From positions 870,001 through 902,000 of the forward strand of contig NZ_OZ034918.1 in the NCBI RefSeq assembly GCF_964030745.1: a stretch of DNA of 32,000 nt, read 5' to 3'. How positions within the stretch are numbered: the first letter of the stretch is position 1; the number at the start of each line of letters is the position of its first letter. A program made the translations under genes and the position numbers. The notes under the pieces are model-generated. The model had not been told where the DNA came from. It was given only the letters and a program-made list of their open reading frames with translations, and did no database searches. Below, in pieces: positions 1-8,957 of the stretch. The DNA comes from Candidatus Saccharimonadota bacterium (GTDB lineage: Bacteria > Bacteroidota > Bacteroidia > Cytophagales > Amoebophilaceae).

Positions 1-1218
1 GTTAAGCACAGTCTAAACCCTTTTCACTATTTGTTGGGTAGAAGGTCAAGTCCACCCACTAATGTTTATCGTCCTCTTGACGCTAGGTCTAATACCAAGC
101 TTCTTGGCCAATGGGTATTTTCACCAGATGGTTATGGCAATGTCGTTTATGCGAGCAACTTCCTTCCTGGTTCTTTTGTTGCTGCTCGCATGATTGCTGC
201 TAATGCTAAGGAGGCGTATCGTGCGGCTGCTGATTCTGTTAAGCGTGCTAATGTTGGGCGTACTAAGGCTGATATTGCTTGTGCTTGCGTTATGCGTGGT
301 GATGGCGTTCCTGTTACGCCTTTGGCCTATAGTTGGGCTGCTTATATTGTTGCCTATGCTTCTGCTAATTTTGCCCACGCTGTTTCTAATCTATCTTTTG
401 CTGCTGAGTATGCTTATGCTTCTGCTGCTGCTTCTGCGCATGCTGCCATTGCTGCTTCTGATCGTGCTGCCGCTATTGCTTGCTCTGCTATGCATGCGGT
501 TAATAGTAATATGCGTTCTGCTGCTGCTTCTGCTGCCTCTACTGCCTATGCTGCTGCTACTGCTGCTGGTGGCGGTTTTTGTGCTGCTGCTGATTATCGT
601 TTCGATGCTGCTGATTATGCCTCCTATGCTGCTCATACTATTGAAACTATTGATTGTATAAGGCGTGCTTCTGGTTCTAGTAATGCGTCTTCTGCTGCTT
701 TTTATGACCTTGCTGCTTGTACAGTTTCTGCTCATGCTGCTTCTTCTTCTAACACTGCTTCTGCTGCTGCTGTCTATGCCCATGTAGCGCATGCTGCTTC
801 TTCTACTGCTTTTGCTTGTTGTGCGTATGCCGATACTGTTCTTAATGTTATTTGCGCCCGTCTTGCGTATGATCGTGTTATTAAGGATTGTGAAACCCCT
901 ATGCTTCGTAAGATTGTTAATTATCTGCGTAAAATTTCTTCTGTTAACATTCATACAGATATTGCTTGCGCTGCTGTTTCCCGTGCTTGCGCTGCTGTTA
1001 CGCGTGGTCGCTCTGCTGCCGCCGATGCCGCTGATGCCGCTGCTTCTGCTGTTGATGCAGTGGTTGCTGTTACAGTTGATGATGCTGCGGTTGCTGCTGC
1101 TCGTGCTGCTGTTGATTTTGCTTCTGCTGCTGCTAATGCTGCTGCTAATGCTGCTGCACTTGTTAGCACTGTTCGTCTACCTGCTGCGCGTGCGGCTACT
1201 GCTGTTGATATTATGTGA
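1..1218 (+). CDS. Ala/Ser-rich low-complexity protein of unknown function, probably 5'-truncated by the window edge
   Basis: Frame 1 is open from base 1 to TGA at 1216-1218; the first in-frame start candidate is TTG at 31. It is about one-third Ala, almost all GCT codons. Nearly every codon ends in T (CGT, TCT, GTT, GAT, TAT, AAT), unlike neighbouring genes. I recognise no family motif. Confidence 0.4.
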   Translation, partial: VKHSLNPFHYLLGRRSSPPTNVYRPLDARSNTKLLGQWVFSPDGYGNVVYASNFLPGSFVAARMIAANAKEAYRAAADSVKRANVGRTKADIACACVMRGDGVPVTPLAYSWAAYIVAYASANFAHAVSNLSFAAEYAYASAAASAHAAIAASDRAAAIACSAMHAVNSNMRSAAASAASTAYAAATAAGGGFCAAADYRFDAADYASYAAHTIETIDCIRRASGSSNASSAAFYDLAACTVSAHAASSSNTASAAAVYAHVAHAASSTAFACCAYADTVLNVICARLAYDRVIKDCETPMLRKIVNYLRKISSVNIHTDIACAAVSRACAAVTRGRSAAADAADAAASAVDAVVAVTVDDAAVAAARAAVDFASAAANAAANAAALVSTVRLPAARAATAVDIM

Positions 1219-1404
1219 AAATAGACTGTATGTCTGAATTCGGTTGCTTGTTAAAGTAAAATAAATTAAATTGCGTGCTCATTGTGGTTTTATGGATAGT
1301 TTAGCTAAAGCCCTGGTGCAAGGCGCTTTGGGTAAGTCTGTTGTGATTGGGGTTTGCTGAAGCTTTTTTAAGTTTAAAGTTATAAACATTATAAATAATT
1401 CATT

Positions 1405-3147
1405 ATGATTAGTAAACGGACAATATTATTATTGATGGCTGTATGGGTTTTTGCTTCTATCTACTATCAGGAGTACCAAAAAAAGCAGAAGCTTTTGGCC
1501 ACCCCTACGTTAAACAACGTCACACTATCCTCTATTAATGGTACTGACCCAGTACGGGTAAGTGATAAATATTCTGCAGAGGTGGTTGGTAAGGTCTATG
1601 AGGGCTTATATGCCTATCATTATTTAAAAAAGCCTTTTCAGTTGGTGCCCAACCTTGCTGAAGGCATGCCCTCTATTTCTCCAGATGGGTTGGTCTATAC
1701 TTTTAAAATTAAGCAAGGTGTGGTATTCCAAGATGATCCTTGTTTTCCAAATGGAAAAGGTCGCATACTCAAAGCAGCTGATTTTGTTTTTAGTTTGAAA
1801 AGGCTAGCAGATCCTAAAAATATAGTACCTTATTTTGGTCTTATGGATGGTAAAATCAAAGGCTTGGACGCATGGAGGCGGCAGCCAGATTATACACAAG
1901 AGGTAGAAGGGCTAAAAGCGTTGGATGACTATACCTTAGAAGTTACCCTTACCCAGCCTTGGGCAGCTTTTTTACACTTTTTAGCCATGCCGGCCGCTTT
2001 TGTAGTTGCTAAAGAGGCTGTAAGTCACTATGGTGCTGAGTTTTTAAATCATCCAGTAGGTACAGGCCCCTTTATCTTAGAGGGTGGATTTAATCCACAA
2101 GCCAAGCAATTGGTTTTTGTAAAGAGTCCTTCCTTTAGGGAAAAATGCTTCCCTGCTGAAGGAAATGCTGAATATCAGTCTATATTGTCCGATTATGCTG
2201 GTAAAAGGTTGCCTTTGGTGGACAAGGTGGTGACCGATATTATTACGGAAGAACAACCACTTTCCTTAAAAATAGAAAGTAAAGAACTCGATATGGCGCC
2301 TATTAGTGGTTCTAGTATTGCGTTGAATATGGTTGAAAATAATGTCATGAGCCCAAAATGGAGCAAAAAAGGTTTAGCCTTGGTAGAGTCTCCTAGCACC
2401 AGTACGCAGTTTTTTGGTTTTAACCATAGCCATAAGGTTTTTCAAAATACCTATTTGAGGCAAGCCATGTCTATGGCTTTTGATAGAGCGGTCTATAACC
2501 AAACCTTCTATAAAGGAACCGCCCAACTGGCACAATCTCTTGTACCACCTGTGTTAATGGAGGATCCTAATGGTTTGACTGCATCCTATGGCTATGACCT
2601 CGAACGTGCAAAAGAATATCTGGTTAAAGCAGGTTATCCAGGTGGAAAAGGGCTTCCTACTATTACACTTGATGCTATTGTGGGAACAAGTTCTAAAAGT
2701 AAAGCAGAGTTTTTTGCTAAGTGTATGGCTGCTATTGGTATAGACGTGCAGGTAGTCACCAATGTGCCCGCAGAACACTGGAGTAAGATTTCTAAAGGTG
2801 CTACTATGATGCATCTGTTGACATGGCAAGCAGACTATCCCGAACCTTCTACTTTTCTACAAGTGCTTAGCAATAGGGAGTTGTGTGGCTTGTTCTATGA
2901 AAATGCCCAGTTTAATGAATGCTTTGATAAAGCTATGGCTACAACCAATGATGCGGAAAGGCAAGCACTTTATCTAGAGATGCATAAAATCGCAACTGAG
3001 GAAGTACCTATGATTTATGCACTGCATGTCCCTGAGCAATATGTACACTACAATTGGGTTAAAAATATAGCTTGTAATGGCTTTTCTCCATCCATAGATG
3101 AATATATTGCAGTGGATATGGCTGCAAAAGTTAAGGAAACTAAGTGA
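1405..3147 (+). CDS. ABC transporter substrate-binding protein, family 5 (OppA/DppA-like peptide binding)
   Basis: 580 aa with an N-terminal hydrophobic anchor/signal. Family-5 SBP-like stretches include PVGTGPF and FLAMPAAFVVAKEA. It is the first gene of a five-gene peptide ABC cluster. Confidence 0.85.
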   Translation: MISKRTILLLMAVWVFASIYYQEYQKKQKLLATPTLNNVTLSSINGTDPVRVSDKYSAEVVGKVYEGLYAYHYLKKPFQLVPNLAEGMPSISPDGLVYTFKIKQGVVFQDDPCFPNGKGRILKAADFVFSLKRLADPKNIVPYFGLMDGKIKGLDAWRRQPDYTQEVEGLKALDDYTLEVTLTQPWAAFLHFLAMPAAFVVAKEAVSHYGAEFLNHPVGTGPFILEGGFNPQAKQLVFVKSPSFREKCFPAEGNAEYQSILSDYAGKRLPLVDKVVTDIITEEQPLSLKIESKELDMAPISGSSIALNMVENNVMSPKWSKKGLALVESPSTSTQFFGFNHSHKVFQNTYLRQAMSMAFDRAVYNQTFYKGTAQLAQSLVPPVLMEDPNGLTASYGYDLERAKEYLVKAGYPGGKGLPTITLDAIVGTSSKSKAEFFAKCMAAIGIDVQVVTNVPAEHWSKISKGATMMHLLTWQADYPEPSTFLQVLSNRELCGLFYENAQFNECFDKAMATTNDAERQALYLEMHKIATEEVPMIYALHVPEQYVHYNWVKNIACNGFSPSIDEYIAVDMAAKVKETK

Positions 3148-3274
3148 TCTGGTTTCCTAAGCGATTCGTATCTTCCCTTCGGGTATCATACAGCTTCAAT
3201 CTTTGATTTGTTTTTAGCTATATAGCTAAATGGAAGAGGTGGTTTACACGAAGGGTAACTCCTCTTCCACTTTT

Positions 3275-4216
3275 ATGACATCTCTTTTTGTATATCTCTT
3301 AAGAAGGTTGCTCTATGCGCTTTCGGTTATTGTAGGGGCTACTTTTTTCGTGTTTGTTATTTTTAATATGCTCGTTGAAGACCCTACTTATATTTTACTG
3401 GGTAAATATGCTACACCAGAAGCAGTCTCGCTTCTTGCTCATGAACTGGGTTTAGATCAGTCTTGGTATATACAATACTGGGAGGTCTTGAAATCTGCTT
3501 TTACCTTTAATTTTGGCTACTCCTGGACGACCAAACAACAGATTGTAAAAATACTTCAAGAAGGAGGCTTGGTCTCCTTAACCGTTACAGTACCTGCTTT
3601 TCTAATAGGCAATGGCTTGGTGATTACTGTTGCGCTTTGGATGACCCAATATCGAGGAACCATTTGGGATCGCCTTTTGGTCGTTTTTTGCATTATCATG
3701 ACCAGTATTTCGATATTGGTATATATTCTAGTTGGCCAGTTGTTTTTTGCTTGCAAGCTAAGAATGTTTCCAATAATGGGGTATGCAAAAGGCTTTGTAG
3801 CCTGCGTGCCTTACATCATGTTGCCCACTATTATTTTAGTATTGCTTCATTTTTGTTACCACTACCGGTTTTATAGAACCATTATGTTGGAAGAAATTTA
3901 TCAAGATTATGTGCGTACTGCACGGGCAAAAGGACTTCAAGAAAAAGTTGTGCTATTTAAACATGTCTTTAAAAATGTAATGGTGCCCATTATTACAACC
4001 TTTGTAAAAGATTTGCCATCTTTGCTATTTGGTTCTGTCGTAATAGAGAATTTTTTTGGCATACCAGGGCTAGGTAATGTGGTAATAGATGCGATCACTT
4101 GCTGTGACTTTCCAACGATTAAAGCCGTTACTATAATAGCTGCAGTGCTCAGTGTCTTGTGTAATATAGTGGGTGATCTGTTGTATACTTTGGTTGATCC
4201 ACGTATAAAGTTATAG
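3275..4216 (+). CDS. Peptide ABC transporter permease (OppB/DppB-like)
   Basis: Multi-TM protein with the EAA-loop-like segment YVRTARAKGLQEKVVLFKHVFKN. I prefer ATG 3275 (MTSLFVYLLRRLLY, the typical OppB N-terminus) over the tracked upstream start at 3230. Confidence 0.85.
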   Translation: MTSLFVYLLRRLLYALSVIVGATFFVFVIFNMLVEDPTYILLGKYATPEAVSLLAHELGLDQSWYIQYWEVLKSAFTFNFGYSWTTKQQIVKILQEGGLVSLTVTVPAFLIGNGLVITVALWMTQYRGTIWDRLLVVFCIIMTSISILVYILVGQLFFACKLRMFPIMGYAKGFVACVPYIMLPTIILVLLHFCYHYRFYRTIMLEEIYQDYVRTARAKGLQEKVVLFKHVFKNVMVPIITTFVKDLPSLLFGSVVIENFFGIPGLGNVVIDAITCCDFPTIKAVTIIAAVLSVLCNIVGDLLYTLVDPRIKL

Positions 4217-4223
4217 GAAGATT

Positions 4224-5084
4224 ATGCATAAACGTAATGTGTGGCATCCCTTTGGTTTTAGTAAAAAAGCTTTGTTGGGTAACAAACTCAACCTTTTTTG
4301 TTTCCTAACCTTATTGGGTTATGCATTAGTAGCGCTATTGACCAAAATAGGATGGCTGGCAGCTAATTGGCATGTAGAGGTAGGTGCTACTTATGAACCA
4401 CCTAATAGCATCCATTATTTTGGTACAGATGTATTGGGCAGAAGTGTCCTGTCTAAGATTTTGCATGGTGCTGAGGTAGCCATGCGTGTAGGCTTTGTCG
4501 TAGCCTTATGGACGGTTGTGATTGGAGCGCTTTTGGGTATAGTAGCCGGTTATTTTGGTGGAGTAGTAGATGCATGTATTGTTTGGCTGTATACTGTTGT
4601 AACTGCTATTCCCACCATGATTTTATTGATGGTAGTTGCCTTTGTGCTGGGAAAGGGTATGCAGACGATTTGTATCGCGCTTGTTATAACGGAATGGACA
4701 GAAACCTGTCGTTTGGTGCGTGGTGAAGTAATGCGTCATAAGGGTAGAGAGTATATGCAAGCGGCTTCAGCTATTGGTGCTGGCAGTGGCCGTAAAATTT
4801 TTGTACACCTATTACCCAATATGCTTCCCTTGATTATTTATCAGTTTTCTTTGGTCTTCCAAACCGCTATAAAGTATGAGGTGATTCTTTCTTATTTGGG
4901 TATTGGCATTCAGAATAAGCCTAGTTGGGGCATTATGATTAGTGATGCCAAAGCAGGATTATTGAGAGGTATTTGGTGGGAGCTTTTTTTTGCCACAATG
5001 GCCATGTTTGTACTGGTTCTTGTTTTTAATATTTTGGCAGATGCACTACGAGATCTATTAGATCCAAAGTTAAAAGGTCGATAA
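4224..5084 (+). CDS. Peptide ABC transporter permease (OppC/DppC-like)
   Basis: HYFGTDVLGRSVLSKILHG matches the OppC-type N-terminal motif. EYMQAASAIGAGSGRKIFVHLLPN matches the EAA loop. About 6 TM segments. Confidence 0.85.
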   Translation: MHKRNVWHPFGFSKKALLGNKLNLFCFLTLLGYALVALLTKIGWLAANWHVEVGATYEPPNSIHYFGTDVLGRSVLSKILHGAEVAMRVGFVVALWTVVIGALLGIVAGYFGGVVDACIVWLYTVVTAIPTMILLMVVAFVLGKGMQTICIALVITEWTETCRLVRGEVMRHKGREYMQAASAIGAGSGRKIFVHLLPNMLPLIIYQFSLVFQTAIKYEVILSYLGIGIQNKPSWGIMISDAKAGLLRGIWWELFFATMAMFVLVLVFNILADALRDLLDPKLKGR

Positions 5085-5086
5085 GC

Positions 5087-6070
5087 ATGAAAGAAAAAAT
5101 TCTTGAAGTTAAAAACTTAATAACGCAGTATTATACGGGCAAGAAGATGACCACAGTGGTCAATAATGTTTCGTTTGATCTCTTTTCTGGCCGTTCACTT
5201 GCTATTGTTGGAGAATCTGGCTCTGGTAAATCAGCCATGGCTCTTTCGCTGATGCGGCTTATTGAACCGCCGGTTGGTACCATTACTGCACAGGGTATTT
5301 TTCTAGAAGGGAAGGATATTTTACAACTTTCGCTAAAAGAAATTCAAGAGATACGGGGCAATCGCATCTCTATGATCTTTCAAGAACCTATGACGGCACT
5401 CAACCCGGTTTTTACAATTGGTGAACAAATTATGGAAACCATTCAGTTGCATCAACAGGTTCCTCTAAAGGTGGCAAAAGCAGCTTGCATCGCCTTGTTA
5501 AACCTAGTTGGCATACCGGCTCCCCATCAGCGGATGCTTGAATATCCCCATCACCTTTCAGGTGGCATGCGGCAGCGGGTAATGATTGCCCTTGCATTGG
5601 CTTGTGGCCCATCTGTATTGATTGCAGATGAACCTACTACTGCTTTAGATGTAACCACTCAGGCGCAAATTATCGATCTGATACAAAGACTCCAAGTAGA
5701 AAACAATATGGGCATTATATTGATTACACATGACCTTGGCATAGTAGCTGAAGTATGTGATGAGGTGGCGGTTATGTATGGTGGTAGCATTGTAGAAAAG
5801 AGCCCAGTAAAAGCTGTTTTTAATGCACCGCTCCATCCCTATACCCAAGCGTTACTGGATGCGATTCCCCCTTTATCTGGTGGTGTTCGTAGATTACGTA
5901 CTATTGAAGGAGTGGTGCCTCCCTTATCAGATCTGCCCATTGGCTGTTCTTTTCAAGACCGTTGCCCCAACGTACAAGGTCGATGTAAAACCAGTAAACC
6001 CTCCCTTCAAGAAGTTAATGCTGGCCATGCTGTTGCCTGTTTTTATCCATTGCAAGATGGTATTAAGTAG
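5087..6070 (+). CDS. Peptide ABC transporter ATP-binding protein (OppD/DppD-like)
   Basis: Walker A GESGSGKS, signature LSGGMRQR, Walker [12 protein letters not shown], and an oligopeptide-type C-terminal extension (HPYTQALL, Cys-rich tail). Confidence 0.9.
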   Translation: MKEKILEVKNLITQYYTGKKMTTVVNNVSFDLFSGRSLAIVGESGSGKSAMALSLMRLIEPPVGTITAQGIFLEGKDILQLSLKEIQEIRGNRISMIFQEPMTALNPVFTIGEQIMETIQLHQQVPLKVAKAACIALLNLVGIPAPHQRMLEYPHHLSGGMRQRVMIALALACGPSVLIADEPTTALDVTTQAQIIDLIQRLQVENNMGIILITHDLGIVAEVCDEVAVMYGGSIVEKSPVKAVFNAPLHPYTQALLDAIPPLSGGVRRLRTIEGVVPPLSDLPIGCSFQDRCPNVQGRCKTSKPSLQEVNAGHAVACFYPLQDGIK

Positions 6071-6077
6071 TAGGAGT

Positions 6078-7067
6078 ATGCAAGCTGATAAGGAAGTTTT
6101 ATTAGAAGTCGACCATCTTTGCACGACTTTTGCTGTAAAGCATCATCTCTTGGGCCATACGGTTGGTCAGGTATCTGCTGTGAATGATGTAAGTTTTACT
6201 CTATATAAAGGAGAAACATTAGGTTTAGTAGGAGAATCTGGTTGTGGCAAAACCACATTGGGAAGAACCATTTTACGCTTGGTGGAACCTACTGCTGGTC
6301 GTATTATTTTTGATGGAGTAGATATTACCCATTGCAGCGCTAAGCAGATGCGCAGCATACGGAGAAAAATGCAAATTATCTTTCAAGACCCCTATGCTGC
6401 TTTAAATCCTAGAATGGCTATTAGGCAGGTTCTAGAGGAGCCCATAAAGATTCATCATTTGGCTGATAGCAAAGCAGCTTCTATCCAGCGCATTTATCAG
6501 CTACTCGATTATGTACAACTGCCTAGAGCTACTTTGTACAAATATCCCCATGAGCTTTCTGGAGGGCAACGGCAACGTATTTGCATAGCAAGAGCGTTAG
6601 CCGTTGAACCCACTTTTATTGTTTGTGATGAAGCGATTGCTGCATTAGATGTTTCTGTACAAGCTCAAGTGATCAATCTTTTAATGGATTTGCAACAAGA
6701 ACTTGGGTTGACCTATCTTTTTATTTCACATGACTTAAGAGTAGTAGAATTTATAGCCAATCATGTTGCGGTGATGTATTTAGGCAAAATTGTAGAAGCT
6801 GCTTCAGCAGCAGAAATCTATAAAAACCCTAAACATCCCTACACCAGGGCGCTTTTTTCTGCCATACCGACGCTTTGTCCATCTAAACATAAAGAGCGGA
6901 TTATCCTACAAGGAGATGTGCCGAGTCCAATGGAGTTGCCTAGTGGCTGTTACTTTCATCCACGTTGCTGGAAAGCGACAGAAAAATGTAGGCAGATCCA
7001 TCCAAAATTGACTAAAATAGAAGAGGCAAACCATCAGGTGGCTTGTCACTTTCCAGAAACAAATTAG
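6078..7067 (+). CDS. Peptide ABC transporter ATP-binding protein (OppF/DppF-like)
   Basis: Walker A GESGCGKTT, signature LSGGQRQR, Walker B FIVCDEAIAALD, HPYTRALF. ATG 6078 is preceded by AGGAG at 6072-6076. The tracked ORF start at 5823 would overlap oppD by about 250 nt. Confidence 0.9.
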   Translation: MQADKEVLLEVDHLCTTFAVKHHLLGHTVGQVSAVNDVSFTLYKGETLGLVGESGCGKTTLGRTILRLVEPTAGRIIFDGVDITHCSAKQMRSIRRKMQIIFQDPYAALNPRMAIRQVLEEPIKIHHLADSKAASIQRIYQLLDYVQLPRATLYKYPHELSGGQRQRICIARALAVEPTFIVCDEAIAALDVSVQAQVINLLMDLQQELGLTYLFISHDLRVVEFIANHVAVMYLGKIVEAASAAEIYKNPKHPYTRALFSAIPTLCPSKHKERIILQGDVPSPMELPSGCYFHPRCWKATEKCRQIHPKLTKIEEANHQVACHFPETN

Positions 7068-7101
7068 ATGCTCTTAAATTTATAATTAGCCTATCAAACA
7101 T

Positions 7102-8502
7102 ATGTATCCACTTTCAGAGATAAAAAATCTTTCTGTTGTCCATAGTCAGGAAGTTGTTAGGGTTAGGGGAAGGGTCTTTTCTAAGAAAGATTGTGGTCGG
7201 GTGTTATTCTTGATTGTACGTGATGGTATCGATACCTTACAGGCGGTGCTCGTAAAAAATACAGAAGGAACTCCTACGCATCTATCTATAGAGGACTATA
7301 ATCTGTTGCGTAAGATTGAAAATGAATCTTTTATTGAACTCACTGGTCAGATTTATGCTGCTGAAAACCCCGTATTGGCCTGTTCGCAACAGTCGATTGA
7401 GTTGGCTATAATGGGCTATACAGTACTTAGTAGGTCTGTTTTAGACTTGCCGATTACCTTAAAAGAAGCAGCCATTACAGAAGAGAAAAAAGGCAAGGGG
7501 GCATCATTTGATGCGGTACAGTATGTGAAACGGCTGGACAATCGCGTATTGGATTTGCGTACCGATTTGGCGCAGGCTATTTTTCGCATCAATGATGGTA
7601 TGCTTTTCTATATACAGCAATATTTGCGTAGCCGTGGGTTTGTCGAAATCAAAACGCCTAAGTTAATAGGAGGTGCTTCTGAGGGTGGTGCAGATGTATT
7701 TAAGGTAGATTATTTTGGCAAGCCTGCTTGCTTGGCACAAAGTCCTCAGCTGTATAAACAAATGGCGATTATAGGGGATTTTAAACGGGTATTTGAGGTC
7801 GGGCCTGTTTTTCGTGCAGAAAACTCTGATACCAATAGACACCTTACGGAGTTTATAGGTGTTGATCTTGAAATGGTTATAGATCAGGATTATATGGAAG
7901 TAGTCCATTTGGTATATCAGCTATTGGTTGATCTGTTTCAGGCATTAAACGAAAAATATAAGCGCGAAATTTCCATTGTACAATCTTTTTTTGATGTGCC
8001 TGCATTAACCTTTGCATCAGAGTTGGTTGTGGTGCCCTTTCCCGAGGCGGTTGTCTTATTGCAGGCCCACGGCAAAGCGCGGGGGGCATTAGAAGATTTG
8101 TCTACGGAAGAGGAAAGGCAACTGGGTGCTATTGTAAAAGAAAAATATCATACAGACTTATATGTAATTACCCGTTACCCATCTCCTGTGCGTCCTTTTT
8201 ATACGATGGTTGACCCAAATGATGGTCGTTATACCCATGCCTATGATTTTATGTTACGGGGTGCAGAAATTCTTTCTGGTGCACAGCGCATACATGACTA
8301 CACCAAGTTATCTCAGCGGGTTGCTGAGCTGGGTATAGCACCCGCTAGCATAGCCCATTATTTGAATGCTTTTAAATATGGAGCTCCTCCCCATGCAGGA
8401 GTTGGCATGGGACTGGAACGTATGTTAAAGTATTTTTTGGGGCTACCAGATGTACGGTATAGCAACCTCTTTCCCCGTGATCCTAAGCGGCTGCATCCAT
8501 AG
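7102..8502 (+). CDS. aspS: Aspartyl-tRNA synthetase, eukaryote/archaeal type (class IIb, no GAD insertion)
   Basis: 466 aa. Motifs: RLDNRVLDLRT, GFVEIKTPKLIGGASEGGADVF, LAQSPQLYKQM, GPVFRAENSDTNRHLTEFIGVDLEM, ILSGAQRIHD, GAPPHAGVGMGLERM, and the C-terminus FPRDPKRLHP. Confidence 0.9.
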   Translation: MYPLSEIKNLSVVHSQEVVRVRGRVFSKKDCGRVLFLIVRDGIDTLQAVLVKNTEGTPTHLSIEDYNLLRKIENESFIELTGQIYAAENPVLACSQQSIELAIMGYTVLSRSVLDLPITLKEAAITEEKKGKGASFDAVQYVKRLDNRVLDLRTDLAQAIFRINDGMLFYIQQYLRSRGFVEIKTPKLIGGASEGGADVFKVDYFGKPACLAQSPQLYKQMAIIGDFKRVFEVGPVFRAENSDTNRHLTEFIGVDLEMVIDQDYMEVVHLVYQLLVDLFQALNEKYKREISIVQSFFDVPALTFASELVVVPFPEAVVLLQAHGKARGALEDLSTEEERQLGAIVKEKYHTDLYVITRYPSPVRPFYTMVDPNDGRYTHAYDFMLRGAEILSGAQRIHDYTKLSQRVAELGIAPASIAHYLNAFKYGAPPHAGVGMGLERMLKYFLGLPDVRYSNLFPRDPKRLHP

Positions 8503-8548
8503 CCGCTGTTTTTAAAAATAGCTAGTTGAATAGACATAGTGAATTTTT

Positions 8549-8562
8549 AGTATCTATTCACC
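8549..8562. repeat. Solo terminus-like copy (AGTATCTATTCACC) of the MITE terminal repeat
   Basis: A 13/14 direct repeat of the element terminus at 8575-8588, lying 26 bp upstream of it. Another degenerate terminus-like string, GTATCTGTCTATCA, lies at 8937-8950. Confidence 0.5.
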
Positions 8563-8575
8563 ACAATGGTTTTTA

Positions 8576-8931
8576 GTATCTATTCACGCCTCTGGCTGGG
8601 CCCCTTATCCCCTTCGATAAAAAGTCTGGCCCGATAGTAAATAGCTGAATCGATATCTTTTTCAGCGGGAAAATCGTGAACTCAGCCCGCAAGCGGGCTT
8701 CAAACAGACGATTTTCTAATCCGCTGAAAAATATACCGCTCAGGGGTTAGTCTTTTACTAGAGCGCCATTTTTTTATCGAAGGAGACGCGGGGCTGGTAA
8801 TGGGTTAGCCTAATTGCTTTTTCAGAAAAACGTAGCCTCAGTGATGAATGGATACTGATTTTTTTGCCCACTTTTTTATCAAGGAAAAAGTGGAATAAAA
8901 TTCATTATTAACCAGTGACGTGAATAGATAC
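8576..8931 (+). mobile_element. Composite MITE-like non-coding repeat, copy 1
   Basis: Perfect 13-bp terminal inverted repeats GTATCTATTCACG (8576-8588) and CGTGAATAGATAC (8919-8931). An internal alternative terminus GTGATGAATGGATAC ends at 8855. There are several nested inverted repeats and no credible ORF. Homologous copies lie at 9685-10111 and 30022-30487. Confidence 0.8.
8657..8732. repeat. About 76-nt multi-tier hairpin module inside MITE copy 1
   Basis: Arms CTTTTTCAGCGG/CCGCTGAAAAAT (11/12), GAAAATCGT/ACGATTTTC (9/9) and an apical GCCCGCAAGCGGGC. The module is present in copies 1 and 2 and absent at the equivalent point of copy 3 (30101-30120). Confidence 0.75.
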
Positions 8932-8957
8932 AATTTGTATCTGTCTATCAGACTGGG

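Noticed and set aside
121-1237. Five additional ORFs (121-378 -, 194-661 +, 391-954 -, 791-1237 +, 951-1169 -) overlapping the Ala-rich ORF and encoding poly-Leu, poly-Ser/Arg or poly-Ala strings
   Set aside because: They are a by-product of the GCT-rich, stop-poor composition. They are shorter and interrupted, and their products are pure low complexity. Only frame 1 spans the whole region.
5823-6077. Long N-terminal extension of the oppF ORF overlapping oppD
   Set aside because: The extension has no ABC-like sequence. ATG 6078, with AGGAG upstream, gives a normal OppF N-terminus directly after the oppD stop.
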